Shown here: in pieces, positions 32,351 through 42,569 of the stretch
Numbering within the stretch: the stretch's first letter is position 1
Layout: the number at the start of each line of letters is the position of its first letter
Assembly (NCBI GenBank): GCA_964514565.1
Contig: CAZERA010000005.1
Coordinates: forward strand, 1 to 64,000
DNA from: an uncultured Candidatus Peribacteria bacterium
GTDB lineage: Bacteria > Patescibacteriota > Gracilibacteria > RBG-16-42-10
Direction: 5' to 3'
Length of the DNA stretch: 64,000 nucleotides
The notes under the pieces: generated by a model
What the model saw: only the letters and a program-made list of their open reading frames with translations
Told to the model about the DNA's origin: nothing
Database searches by the model: none
Program-made: the position numbers and the translations under genes

Positions 32351-32787
32351 ATCCATCTATCGATCCTAAGCAACTGAGCGAACAACCACTGACTCCCGAA
32401 CAAGCAATGTATCGAGAGAATATTCTCGATCACTATCGCGAGCCACACAATCACGGCAGTACAACAACATGTGATGCCCAAGAGCGTGGCCTCAATCCCC
32501 TTTGTGGCGACGAGATTACCGTCTATATCACTTTGAGCAAAGATCAAAAAAAGGTGAAAGACATTCTATTCACCGGTCACGGCTGTGCCATCAGCCAAGC
32601 AGCAATCTCCATGCTGACTGACGAAGTAAAAAACAAACCAGTAAGCAAAATTCTCACCTGGAACAAAGACCAAGTGCTCAAACTACTTGGAATTCCGCTC
32701 AGCATTGTAAGAATCAAATGTGCGACACTCTCGCTCCGAACCATCCAAAAAGCCCTCCAAAAAACAACCGAGCCAGCTTCCAACTAA
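32347..32787 (+). CDS. sufU: SufU sulfur-transfer/scaffold protein
   Basis: NPLCGD, GCAISQA, RIKCA. Confidence 0.95.
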   Translation: MNPSIDPKQLSEQPLTPEQAMYRENILDHYREPHNHGSTTTCDAQERGLNPLCGDEITVYITLSKDQKKVKDILFTGHGCAISQAAISMLTDEVKNKPVSKILTWNKDQVLKLLGIPLSIVRIKCATLSLRTIQKALQKTTEPASN

Positions 32788-32817
32788 TTGTTCATTGTCA
32801 CCTGTAAATTGTTAATT
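32786..32817 (+). repeat. heptamer repeat family D, copy 2
   Basis: AATTGTTCATTGTCACCTGTAAATTGTTAATT, directly before the sufC start. Confidence 0.65.
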
Positions 32818-32825
32818 ATAAAAAA

Positions 32826-33554
32826 ATGTTTTCCATCAAAAATCTCTCCATCTCCATCACCGAAAAAAGCATCCTCAAAGATATCAATCTCGATATCAAA
32901 CCAGGTAGTATTCATATTCTGATGGGGCCAAATGGCTCAGGCAAAAGTACTTTAGCCAATAGCGTCATGGGACATCCAAGCTATGTACGCGATCAAGGTA
33001 CAATTACTCTCAACAAAAAGAACATCACTGACTTGCCTCCCAATGAAAAGGCTCAGGCTGGGCTATTCTTGTCACTCCAATACCCACCAGAAATCGGTGG
33101 TATCACGGTAGCCAACTTTTTGCGCATCGCATGGCAAGCAGTCAAAAGTGAAAAAATCAGCGCCCTAGATTTTTATCGTGTCTTACAGAAAAAAATGGAG
33201 TTGCTCAAGTTAGATGAAACATTTGCCCAACGATTTCTCAACCAAGGATTCTCAGGTGGTGAAAAGAAAAAGATGGAGATGTTACAGATGCTAGTATTAG
33301 AACCAAAATACGCTATTTTAGATGAAACTGACTCTGGACTAGATATTGATGCGATTAAACTAATCGGGAAGGTAGTCCTGCATATGCGCAAAAAGAATAA
33401 AACTGGATTCCTCATCATCACTCACTACAATCGTTTCCTAGAAGCAATCAAACCTGACTTCGTGCACATTATGAAGAAAGGCAGCATCATTCAATCAGGC
33501 ACCGAGAAACTGGCAAAAGAAATCGATAAAAAAGGCTTCAATAAGAAAAAGTAG
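32826..33554 (+). CDS. sufC: Fe-S cluster assembly ATPase SufC
   Basis: MGPNGSGKSTL, QYPPEI, FSGGEKKK, LDETDSGLDIDA, ITHY. Confidence 0.97.
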   Translation: MFSIKNLSISITEKSILKDINLDIKPGSIHILMGPNGSGKSTLANSVMGHPSYVRDQGTITLNKKNITDLPPNEKAQAGLFLSLQYPPEIGGITVANFLRIAWQAVKSEKISALDFYRVLQKKMELLKLDETFAQRFLNQGFSGGEKKKMEMLQMLVLEPKYAILDETDSGLDIDAIKLIGKVVLHMRKKNKTGFLIITHYNRFLEAIKPDFVHIMKKGSIIQSGTEKLAKEIDKKGFNKKK

Positions 33555-33580
33555 ATTCATAGAGTCATTGCACTCAATAC

Positions 33581-33615
33581 AAAAAAGGAGAGCTCACTGG
33601 GAGACTCTCCTTTTT
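33581..33615. terminator. bidirectional intrinsic terminator
   Basis: AAAAAAGGAGAG...CTCTCCTTTTT between convergent sufC and SPFH genes. Confidence 0.8.
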
Positions 33616-33634
33616 CCGAGAACGAACTATTTCC

Positions 33635-34492
33635 TTATAGACCTGCTTGTAAACTCTTCAAATCTACTAATGGCAAACTATTTGATGGCAAAATACCCCA
33701 CTTCATATCAGGAGCCATCTTTTGGACAAACTCAAATTGAATCACACCAGGATTAGCTTTGAGCATTTCACCCTTGAGCTTAATTGCCTCAGCTTCAGCT
33801 TGAGCCTCAATGATTTTCTTTTCTTTCAATTGCTCAGCTTCTTGCTTTTGATACTCAGCAGTCTTGATCTTTTGAAAAGCAATTTGTTTCTCTTCAATGG
33901 CTGTTGAAAATTCAGCAGAGAAATTGATATCACGTAGTACTACTTCATCCATAGTGATTTTATTTTCAGCAAAACTAGACTTGAGCGCGTTATTCATCTG
34001 ATCAACAATCTCAGCACGCTTTTCAGAAACAAGATCCAAGGCATCATAACGAGCCACTATCTCACGCAAAATAGAGCGAGACTTTGGTTTAATCACCACT
34101 GCACTATAATCAGCCTCATCACCAAGCGTTTGCTTGATCACTGGAGCGTCATCGGCAGCAATATGAAACAAAACCGTAGCATCCATAGTCACTTCCTGAC
34201 CATCTTGTGAACGAGCCTGAATGCTCTCGTCAGCGGTATAGTCTGAAGCACTTTGAGCAGAGCTCATCGTATAAGCTTGAGTTCGCACATTGTAATGAGT
34301 CACAGTCTGCCAAAAAGGAATCTTCAAATGAATACCAGCGGACAATGGATCAGGTAATACTCCACGACCACGATCAAACATCACACCGACGTCACCAGCC
34401 TGAATCAAAACAAACCCATCCAGCACCACTAATACTACTGCCACGACCACAAGCACACTTACCACTAACTTCGCACGCAGATTTACAGCCAT
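33635..34492 (-). CDS. SPFH/prohibitin family membrane protein (start MAVNL)
   Basis: TM, IQAGDVGVMF, GIHLKIPFWQ, AIEEKQIA...AQAEAEA coil. Confidence 0.92.
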   Translation of the reverse strand: MAVNLRAKLVVSVLVVVAVVLVVLDGFVLIQAGDVGVMFDRGRGVLPDPLSAGIHLKIPFWQTVTHYNVRTQAYTMSSAQSASDYTADESIQARSQDGQEVTMDATVLFHIAADDAPVIKQTLGDEADYSAVVIKPKSRSILREIVARYDALDLVSEKRAEIVDQMNNALKSSFAENKITMDEVVLRDINFSAEFSTAIEEKQIAFQKIKTAEYQKQEAEQLKEKKIIEAQAEAEAIKLKGEMLKANPGVIQFEFVQKMAPDMKWGILPSNSLPLVDLKSLQAGL

Positions 34493-34536
34493 CTTTTTTT
34501 GGTTAAATCGACTCGAGTGTAGTTTAACTCTAACAA

Positions 34537-34666
34537 GAAGTAAAAAGTAAGATGGAAGAGGTAAAAGTTTTATGAACCATAATAGGTTATTCATCATGAT
34601 CTTCTCCGCAAATGCGGACTAATAAGCCCATACATTTCTTACCTCTTCCGTTTTACTTTTTACTTC
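34537..34666. repeat. palindromic element family A, copy 1 (130 bp)
   Basis: GAAGTAAAAAGTAAGATGGAAGAGGTAA ... TTACCTCTTCCGTTTTACTTTTTACTTC: 28-bp arms, two mismatches that are G:U-compatible on the + strand; inner TCCGC-AAAT-GCGGA hairpin. Confidence 0.85.
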
Positions 34667-34688
34667 CCCGCTAGAAACGTGGTACAAT
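34660..34688 (+). promoter_or_regulatory. extended -10 promoter abutting element A1
   Basis: TTACTT-N17-TACAAT with TG at the extended position (TGGTACAAT). Confidence 0.6.
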
Positions 34689-34713
34689 GTGTAGAAACCA
34701 AAAACAAACCCCC

Positions 34714-35061
34714 ATGCCCCCAGCTTGCGTAGTAGCGCCGCGCGCTAGTGCTAAAAACAAAAAACAGATCATCAAGTTTCTGCTTACCCATGAGGTGGAT
34801 ATGCCTTTTTCTGCAAGAGAGCTAGCCAAGCTTCCTCTCTCTATTTTGCTGCGTGAAAAAGTCTATGTGCAGACCGATCACGACAACAACCGCATGCATA
34901 CCATTCGTGAAATTAGCGCTATGCAGTTTATTCTTTCTCAATCAGACAATGTCTTTACTGCCAATGATCTCCGTATCATGTGTAGTGAAGATTTGTTGGA
35001 AGAAGAAGAAAATACTCGTCGCAAGATGCGGAGCAGCACCCAACGTTTACTTTTCTCATAG
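34714..35061 (+). CDS. hypothetical protein with internal two-fold repeat
   Basis: IIKFLL...PFSARELAKL..LLRE vs AMQFIL...VFTANDLRIM..LLEE. ATG 34687 overlaps the -10 box, so 34714 is preferred. Confidence 0.7.
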   Translation: MPPACVVAPRASAKNKKQIIKFLLTHEVDMPFSARELAKLPLSILLREKVYVQTDHDNNRMHTIREISAMQFILSQSDNVFTANDLRIMCSEDLLEEEENTRRKMRSSTQRLLFS

Positions 35062-35063
35062 AT

Positions 35064-35747
35064 ATGAGCACTCACATAGCCCCACAACCCGTACAGCTAC
35101 GCCTGATCCATGGTAAAGGACTTAGTAAACCCAATATCTTTGCCAAAGAAGCACAAAAACAAAGACTGGAATTAGGTTCTATTTTCATCGATACCTACAA
35201 AAGACAATTATGGATCAATAAACGTGTACAACAAATTTGGCATGGTACCAAGAGTGAGGCACAGAAAATACTGACACAGACTGGTGCAGAAAACAGCGAG
35301 ACACTAGCAATGATTACAAGAATCAGAACCAGCTTTCTCATAAGCATCAACCATACTCATGCTCCAGGGCTAGAAGTACTACTAGATTCATTAGCGCTGT
35401 TAGCTTGTCACAGTCATCAGATTATTACGGCCCAAATAGATTCAGTGCCAACCCCTAGCCATTATACACGCGCTTATACTTCTTCCGATTTCTTCGCTTT
35501 GGATAGCAAGGGACAAAAAACTAACTTGAAACAACCAAACGAACTGGCCGCAACGCTAAGAACTAAAGATCTAGATTTTGACACCAGTGCTTTTGAAAAA
35601 GAAATAGTAGCAGGTGCACTTTCAGCACTAAGTTTACCAGTAAAACGCGCAGAGAAGTCGATAAACCACCAACAAATCACCCGCTTTCTCCTGAGTATAT
35701 TCACCGCCCTCAATCAAAAAAAACTTCTCACTCCAAAACACAAATAA
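35064..35747 (+). CDS. hypothetical protein
   Basis: 227-aa ORF tightly spaced in the operon (2- and 10-nt gaps). Confidence 0.75.
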   Translation: MSTHIAPQPVQLRLIHGKGLSKPNIFAKEAQKQRLELGSIFIDTYKRQLWINKRVQQIWHGTKSEAQKILTQTGAENSETLAMITRIRTSFLISINHTHAPGLEVLLDSLALLACHSHQIITAQIDSVPTPSHYTRAYTSSDFFALDSKGQKTNLKQPNELAATLRTKDLDFDTSAFEKEIVAGALSALSLPVKRAEKSINHQQITRFLLSIFTALNQKKLLTPKHK

Positions 35748-35757
35748 ACCCCCATTT

Positions 35758-38700
35758 ATGCTCGAGCTACAAACATCAGATCGATCAAAAGATTCAGTCC
35801 ATCACCAAATACAAGGACCTGAGCTCACTACACCCCAAGATGCCTCAACCAAAAAAGCAGAACTAGTTGCTACTGGTGATATTAGTCAAACACTCGATGT
35901 ACTTCGTAAAGATGGTACAAGCACAGAGGCAATTCAATTAGTAGAGAAAGGCACTAAGGTAAGTCTGCCTACTCTTGATGGTACTGATACTTTTACAGCA
36001 ACAGTAGTAGGACATCAAAGGATTGGCAACGAAGTGTTCACCATTGTACAAGCAGGACCAGACTACCCCACCCCAAATCAACAATTCCGTTTCTCACCCC
36101 AGGACTTTGAGAATACTTTTCGAGCAAAACTTGATCAAGAAGCGAAATCAGAACGATTACTCAACACAATAGTACAAGATATATTGGAGCCAGAACTAGA
36201 CAAGAAGCAAGAAATCACACTCAAAAAAGAAAATGAAATTATTGCAAAAGCAAAGGATCTATTGATGGACAATGACCTTGACGATGAGGTACCTGACGTA
36301 GTGACTGGATTGCAGGACATGATTAAAAACCACAACGCTGACTACATTGTTCAGCCACCAGCTGCAGTTGCCGCAGACGCGGTCCAGGACATTACTCCAA
36401 AAGCAGCTACAACTAAAACTGAAACACAAACGAAAAGAATCACTACAGATGAACTAAAAGATCTTCAAAAACTTCCTGCTGATCAATTTGTCGCTAAAGT
36501 GGTAGCCCAACTGACTACCCAATTTCCAGATCGCCCTATCCCATTGCAGTTAGTATTAGATCAAAGCCTGCTGGGTAGAAGCTATGGAGAAAAAATGAAA
36601 GCAAAGGAACAAGCAAAAACTAAAAGCGAAGTCACAACTGCCATTGAAAACGCATTGAAACAACACAATGAAACGGTATTAGTAAAAGTAGACCAAAGAG
36701 TGAACGGAGAGCTCAATAAGCTGATTACTAGTGCTAATGGCAAAGAACTAACTCCTGAAGCGTTGGCTGACCTCCGTAAGAATCTTATGCAATTGGTATT
36801 AGATACAGGAGCTGGTAGCTATATCAAACTAAGAAATGATATCGATGCAAGAATTCAAGCTTACAACAATAGCATCCTTGACCAAGAAATCAGCGACATT
36901 GAAGACAAATATTCCAATCAAACTAAAGAATTACTCACTCAACACCCAACTGGCGTTACTCCCGATGATGAAGCTGCATTCTTACAAAAATTGGCAGCTG
37001 AATTAAAAGATACTAGATCACCTAAATACATTGCATCTTTACAACAAAGTGTTTCTGCCCAAATAGCAGAACATCGCAATCAATTAGCTAAAAAAGCGGA
37101 AGCCGAAAAGCAAACAACTGCTCAGGCAGCACGCACTGCTGAGATCGAACAAATAGTAAAAGATAATCCAAACATTAAAGCAGAAATCGATACTCTAACT
37201 AACAAGTTAGCTGTTCTTATTCAGTCTCCTAATCTTGACGCAACTGGTCAACAACAAAATCTTGACCAGATTGTAGCTGAAGCAAGTGCGTTGTCAGGTA
37301 TGACTCCTAGTTTACTCAAGGCATTAAAAGGAAATTGGAATGAACTTGTGAAAACTCATACTGAACAAGCGCCACTATTAGCACAAGTAAAATCTTTAGT
37401 TGCTCCCTATTTAGAGAAAACAGATGTGAGAATTGGTAAAGATGCAATTACTGAGGTAGCCACAGCACTCAATGCCATCCCCAATCTCACAGCAGGACAA
37501 AGAAATGCTCTCTTGAAAGATATTCTCAATCGTTTCAACGAACACAACCAAAACTTGCCTGCAAAAGTAGCAGCCGCTATTCCTCCTCCGTTGCCCAAAA
37601 AAGTAGATCTCCCACCAATTCCTCAATCAAGAACTAAAAACAAACCCGAAGCACCAACACCATTAGGTGATGACGCTTATGAAATAAGCGATGATGAGCT
37701 AGAACCAGCAACATTGATTGAGCGAGATATGAGTGATCCTAGTTTCAACGCAAAAGCTGATGAACTAGATGTGCTTGCCAGTAAGCTCCAAAATAAGTTG
37801 ACTAGCCAGAGCAGTAATCAAAACGAATTGATAGACGCTCAAGACCTTCATAATCAATTAGTAAATTTGATTGTAGACGCAGACCTCAGTGCAGTCAGTT
37901 TGGAAGCAAAAAAATGGCTAGCTGAAAAAGAAGAAACTATTAGTCAGATCAAGAAAGAGAACCAAGAATTAAATAAAATCGAGGAAATCATTGAAAAATC
38001 TCCTGATACAATAACTACAATTCTTAGTAGCAATGAAACGCCTAAGGCGGACGAGATAAAATTGCTGCAAGCAAATATTGATTCACTGCCCAATAGTAAA
38101 CAAAAAACCGAACTGCTCAACCTCATGCAACGTGTAAATAGCCACACCGAAAATTTATACGCTGCGGATAACATATTACATACAGCGCTAAGTACAGATA
38201 CAGAAATAACTCTTGATTTAGAGTCACGTATTAGAAACTTAATCCCCGAAGCAGCAGACAAATACTTACTAAATGTTAGAGATCTTATTGAGCAACACAA
38301 CGAAGAAGTCTATAAAGCCCAGGAACTCAATTCGAATCCTGTTGAAGATACTGCAGTTTCTCCTGAAGAGGCAGCAACTGACGCTGAGGCAAATGGCATC
38401 AGTCTTGTTGTTGATCAACTTGCAGCACAAGTATTAGATGAACTAGGACGCAATGAAAAGTTACACACTGCCTGGGAAGAAATAGACCACGACGCAAAAT
38501 TGGCAAGAAAAAAACTTTTTGATGAAGGGAAAAAAGATGAGCTAGTGGCTTTAGCTAGAAGAGCTTGCTCAAATCTTGGTATAGATTTAGAAGCACAATA
38601 TAATGACATTCGTACTTCTTATGGAGAAAACGACGTCGAAATAGCCGGTTATACATGTGACAAAAACGGAGACATCATGGTCTTAGTCAATGTATTTGAA

Positions 38701-41700
38701 AAAGGCTCAAAAATAAATCTAGGCCAAGAAGAGATAGGGATCACTAGTATTTTAGAGGTTAAGTTAACTGAAAAAACTATTGATGCAAGAAATGACAGAA
38801 CACGTGAAGCTGCTTTAGCAAGAAGCACTGATATTGCCAAACAACTCAATACACTCGACAGCGAGGGGCGCAAAGTTAAAATGAAAGATGCAGTAGACCA
38901 GCTAGTAGCTAATGCTTGGCCACAAGGAGAAGCAGCACCAATTCGCACCTTAGGTAGAAATGCAGCCCTGGAACTAACGAATGCAATTGATAAAGCAAAG
39001 ATACCTGCTGATGAGAAAGCTCTTCTAAAAGAGCATACTAAAGGCATATTTGATGCTGAGCAAAAACGTCTCAAAGAGGCATTTGATGCATATCATGCCG
39101 CTGAAGCATTAGCACAAACTCCAGCAGCAAATACCAACGATACAACCATTACCACACCATCAACAGCTGATGTACTTAGCGCAGCCCCAATAGCAACAGT
39201 TATTGATACTTCCCTAGTAACTCCAGATGTAGCTGGTGGCCAAGGCCCAGACACTAATACAACAATCGACACTAGCCAAGTCGCCCCAGTTGTTAGTGTT
39301 ACATCAGATCCAGTTGCGACTCCCACAGCTACCGTAGTTGATGTCCCACTACCAGCTCCTGCTGTAGTGGCTTCAGCAAGTCCAGACGCTGCATCCACAA
39401 TCGATACTACTAAAGTAGCTCCAGCTATTACGGTCACCCCAGATCCAATTGCCGTACCAGCTCCACAAGCTGATGTATTGGGTGTAGCACCTGTAGTTAC
39501 CCCAGTCGATGTTCCAGTAGTAGCTGCTCAAGCAGCACCAAAACCAGATGTACGATCCACCCCTGCAGCCGAAATGACACCAGAACAAAAACTTTCATTT
39601 GAGAAAAGCCGCGATCAGATTATCGATCAAGTAGAAAAAAGCTTGATATTATCTGATGACGAAAAAACACGTTTAGTGATAAAAGCAGTAGAATTACTAC
39701 GTACAGCGGATAAGAACACCAATGTATTAGCTGAGCTTCAAAAACTAATGGTTGCAGGTGAAAGACATCAAGCCATCCAAGACGCTTTACTGAATAGTGA
39801 ACAAATTGCAGATCAAATTCAAACTGCGGTAATCGATGCCTTAGATACTAATAGTCTTGATCACAAAACAAGCGATGCCGCTTTCCAAGAAGTATTAGCA
39901 AATTTACCTACAGAGCAAGCACGAGCAAGTCTTCAAGCAATATACGATCAAGCAATTGGCGATAAAAAACTGCGTGGTAATCCAGACAAGATCAAAGCCT
40001 TGGTAGAAAAAGCTCTAGCTGATCAAGCAGACCAAAATAGTAGTAGGACGGAAAGTCTCAAACCTCTCTTCAAGAAGATCAATGCTGAAGTAAAATCACA
40101 CGTCCGCCAAGGAGAAGCACAAGTACTAGGATCACAAACCATCGAGCCTTCATTAGCAGATTGGGAAAAACCAGTACCTACTGAAGCTGAGCTAGCAGCA
40201 GAAAAGATGACCCGCGCCCAGAAATTACGTCAAAAGTTAGGTGGCTTTGTAGACCGTATCCGCGGCAAAGCTGCTGATACTACTACCGAGGATGGAGATA
40301 ATGAAAATGAGACAATTGATACTCCAAAATCTCAAGCTGATATAGTAGCTGGTATGGTAGATAGTAATCCAGATCTCACTGCCGGTGAGAAAGCAAAACT
40401 AAAAGCCACAGTACTAGAGCTTTTAGAAAAAGGCACTGATATCAATAAGACATTAGAACAACTAAAACTTACCTTAGCTAATCGCGACGAAGTAAATAAA
40501 GCCATCACGGCCTTAGTACTCAATGCACCAGATCTAAGTAAGCAAATGTACTTTACTTTGAGTGCAGCACTCCAAGGTGACTTGAGTGAAGAAAAGCGTC
40601 GTGAAGCTCTGACAAAATGGCAAACTACTGTAGACTCACAACTTACTGACCGAGCAAAACAAGTGCTCAAACAAGTCTATCAAACAGCGATGCAAGCTGC
40701 TGTCAAAAACCCTAAAGCCGGTATTAGTGTCGACAGACTAGAAGACATGATTGCCAACGGTTTAGCAGAAACTGGCATGATCGAGGCACGTCGCGATGCA
40801 GTACTCAATTTAGTAAATACGCTAAGCACCGAAATCAATAAAGCGATCACAGCGAGAAAAGGTCCAGATGAGCCAAAACAATCAGAAGTACTCGCTGATC
40901 AGCCAAAAGCCGCTGAGATCATTGCTCAAGCCGTACCTGATCAAGTCAAAGGACCTGAAGTGGTTGACCAAGCTCCCCAGGTCAGTGAAGTACTAGCAGC
41001 TCAACCAAAAGCCCAAGCTGAAAGTAACGATACTGTAGAACAGCAAAGAAAGTTTCTAGTAGGTATTGAGAGTTTGATTGCTAGTGCCAAGAAAATAGGT
41101 GTCGATTTAGATCAAGCTACACTCCACATGTATGCCCTCAAGTCAGACCAATTAGACAAGGCTTTACTGGGAGATACTTTAGCTAAAATTGATCAACTAT
41201 TAGCAGGTAAAGCGTTAGATTTAACTGTAGTAGTAAATACAGTAGTTGGTAAAGCTGCAGAAAAAGTTGATGCAAAAGTAGAAAATATTGATCTCAAACT
41301 AAATGATCAATTGGTGTCAGCTATCAATACTCTCAATCTCCAAGCTCAAACAGTGGATCGCGATGTCTCCCCTAGAGAATTCTTTGCTTCAAACATGGAT
41401 CAAGCTTTGAAAATATTAGATAATGTAAATGATCCAGATTTGCGAGATGAATTACGATCAATCCGTAATTATTTAGTAAGCGTACCCAACGATCAAGATA
41501 TCGGCAATGAACCACTCGCTCGACTAGAAAAAGTATTAGCAAAATATCCAGAACTACTTGCTACTGTCAGTGGTTTCATCAGTCGCCATATTAAAGATCA
41601 CAACAACAGAAAAGCAATGGCAAGTGAAATTGCTCAACGAGAAAAGACAATGATGGATAATATCCAAACAGCCACTCCAGAAAGTATTAGAACCGAAATT

Positions 41701-42141
41701 AAAACACTTGAGAAAAAATTCAGCGCAACAATCAATAGACATGGCGTAGACATAGCTTTAGCCCTCATGAATGACAAACTAAGAGAGGCTCAAAACACTG
41801 AAGCAGCTACTAAAGAAATAGCGGAGATGTGGAACAATGACCTTACTTTGAACCTCGATAAAATCAGCCAGATTCTTGCCAGTCACCAACTCGACCGCAC
41901 TATTCTAGACAAAGTCACTGATTTCGCCAAAGCAGCTGGGAAAATTCAGAACAAGGCTACGAGCGAGAATCGCGATCTCTCAGACAATGACCGCAGCCAA
42001 ATATTGTTTAGTCTCATTCCAAACATCAACAACGTTCCCCCAGCTCTGAAAGTAGCCTTGGCGACAAAGATGACTAGGATGTTTGGTGACTACAATAAAC
42101 GCCGAGCAGCAGCCAAAACACCTCAAGCACTAGCCTCTTAG
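35758..42141 (+). CDS. giant 2127-aa helical/low-complexity protein of unknown function
   Basis: Uninterrupted ORF; no signal peptide or TM; K/E/A/Q-rich helices, Pro/Val/Thr linker, duplicated ~170-aa helical module. Confidence 0.9.
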   Translation: MLELQTSDRSKDSVHHQIQGPELTTPQDASTKKAELVATGDISQTLDVLRKDGTSTEAIQLVEKGTKVSLPTLDGTDTFTATVVGHQRIGNEVFTIVQAGPDYPTPNQQFRFSPQDFENTFRAKLDQEAKSERLLNTIVQDILEPELDKKQEITLKKENEIIAKAKDLLMDNDLDDEVPDVVTGLQDMIKNHNADYIVQPPAAVAADAVQDITPKAATTKTETQTKRITTDELKDLQKLPADQFVAKVVAQLTTQFPDRPIPLQLVLDQSLLGRSYGEKMKAKEQAKTKSEVTTAIENALKQHNETVLVKVDQRVNGELNKLITSANGKELTPEALADLRKNLMQLVLDTGAGSYIKLRNDIDARIQAYNNSILDQEISDIEDKYSNQTKELLTQHPTGVTPDDEAAFLQKLAAELKDTRSPKYIASLQQSVSAQIAEHRNQLAKKAEAEKQTTAQAARTAEIEQIVKDNPNIKAEIDTLTNKLAVLIQSPNLDATGQQQNLDQIVAEASALSGMTPSLLKALKGNWNELVKTHTEQAPLLAQVKSLVAPYLEKTDVRIGKDAITEVATALNAIPNLTAGQRNALLKDILNRFNEHNQNLPAKVAAAIPPPLPKKVDLPPIPQSRTKNKPEAPTPLGDDAYEISDDELEPATLIERDMSDPSFNAKADELDVLASKLQNKLTSQSSNQNELIDAQDLHNQLVNLIVDADLSAVSLEAKKWLAEKEETISQIKKENQELNKIEEIIEKSPDTITTILSSNETPKADEIKLLQANIDSLPNSKQKTELLNLMQRVNSHTENLYAADNILHTALSTDTEITLDLESRIRNLIPEAADKYLLNVRDLIEQHNEEVYKAQELNSNPVEDTAVSPEEAATDAEANGISLVVDQLAAQVLDELGRNEKLHTAWEEIDHDAKLARKKLFDEGKKDELVALARRACSNLGIDLEAQYNDIRTSYGENDVEIAGYTCDKNGDIMVLVNVFEKGSKINLGQEEIGITSILEVKLTEKTIDARNDRTREAALARSTDIAKQLNTLDSEGRKVKMKDAVDQLVANAWPQGEAAPIRTLGRNAALELTNAIDKAKIPADEKALLKEHTKGIFDAEQKRLKEAFDAYHAAEALAQTPAANTNDTTITTPSTADVLSAAPIATVIDTSLVTPDVAGGQGPDTNTTIDTSQVAPVVSVTSDPVATPTATVVDVPLPAPAVVASASPDAASTIDTTKVAPAITVTPDPIAVPAPQADVLGVAPVVTPVDVPVVAAQAAPKPDVRSTPAAEMTPEQKLSFEKSRDQIIDQVEKSLILSDDEKTRLVIKAVELLRTADKNTNVLAELQKLMVAGERHQAIQDALLNSEQIADQIQTAVIDALDTNSLDHKTSDAAFQEVLANLPTEQARASLQAIYDQAIGDKKLRGNPDKIKALVEKALADQADQNSSRTESLKPLFKKINAEVKSHVRQGEAQVLGSQTIEPSLADWEKPVPTEAELAAEKMTRAQKLRQKLGGFVDRIRGKAADTTTEDGDNENETIDTPKSQADIVAGMVDSNPDLTAGEKAKLKATVLELLEKGTDINKTLEQLKLTLANRDEVNKAITALVLNAPDLSKQMYFTLSAALQGDLSEEKRREALTKWQTTVDSQLTDRAKQVLKQVYQTAMQAAVKNPKAGISVDRLEDMIANGLAETGMIEARRDAVLNLVNTLSTEINKAITARKGPDEPKQSEVLADQPKAAEIIAQAVPDQVKGPEVVDQAPQVSEVLAAQPKAQAESNDTVEQQRKFLVGIESLIASAKKIGVDLDQATLHMYALKSDQLDKALLGDTLAKIDQLLAGKALDLTVVVNTVVGKAAEKVDAKVENIDLKLNDQLVSAINTLNLQAQTVDRDVSPREFFASNMDQALKILDNVNDPDLRDELRSIRNYLVSVPNDQDIGNEPLARLEKVLAKYPELLATVSGFISRHIKDHNNRKAMASEIAQREKTMMDNIQTATPESIRTEIKTLEKKFSATINRHGVDIALALMNDKLREAQNTEAATKEIAEMWNNDLTLNLDKISQILASHQLDRTILDKVTDFAKAAGKIQNKATSENRDLSDNDRSQILFSLIPNINNVPPALKVALATKMTRMFGDYNKRRAAAKTPQALAS

Positions 42142-42144
42142 TAT

Positions 42145-42435
42145 ATGACACACCCAATTCCCACAGCCTTACAACAAGAAGTAAAAGATCTACTAAGCAT
42201 CTCCACGATTGACCCAGAACTAAAAACCCATATTGAAAGCCAACTCCAAGCAGGCACCATGAGCCCAGCCGTATTCCAACAACTACTCTCACTCCTGCGC
42301 GAAGAAGATCGATTGGACAAAGACATGCAAAAATACAGCGAAGACGTACTAACCTTCGATCCAGACCAATACTTAGATCACGTACAATCAGTCGTTAACC
42401 ACGAGGTTGTTAGCTACCTAGAAAGTAAGAAGTAA
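42145..42435 (+). CDS. small acidic helical hypothetical protein
   Basis: 96-aa ORF 3 nt after the giant gene; its last codons form the left arm of element A2. Confidence 0.7.
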   Translation: MTHPIPTALQQEVKDLLSISTIDPELKTHIESQLQAGTMSPAVFQQLLSLLREEDRLDKDMQKYSEDVLTFDPDQYLDHVQSVVNHEVVSYLESKK

Positions 42436-42535
42436 AATGGAAGAGGTAAGAAGTTTGTAGAAAGACTGTCCATTCCATGGATATGGACTGATAACAGCTA
42501 CATTTTTTACCTCAGACCTCTTACTTCTTACCTCC
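42423..42535. repeat. palindromic element family A, copy 2
   Basis: AAGTAAGAAGTAAAATGGAAGAGGTAAG ... TTACCTCAGACCTCTTACTTCTTACCTC; left arm and inner GGACT..ATAA..TACATTT match copy 1. Confidence 0.8.
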
Positions 42536-42550
42536 CAGCTGTGGTATAAT
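42521..42550 (+). promoter_or_regulatory. extended -10 promoter abutting element A2
   Basis: TTACTT-N18-TATAAT with TGG immediately before the -10. Confidence 0.7.
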
Positions 42551-42569
42551 CACTAGAACAAAAATAAAA

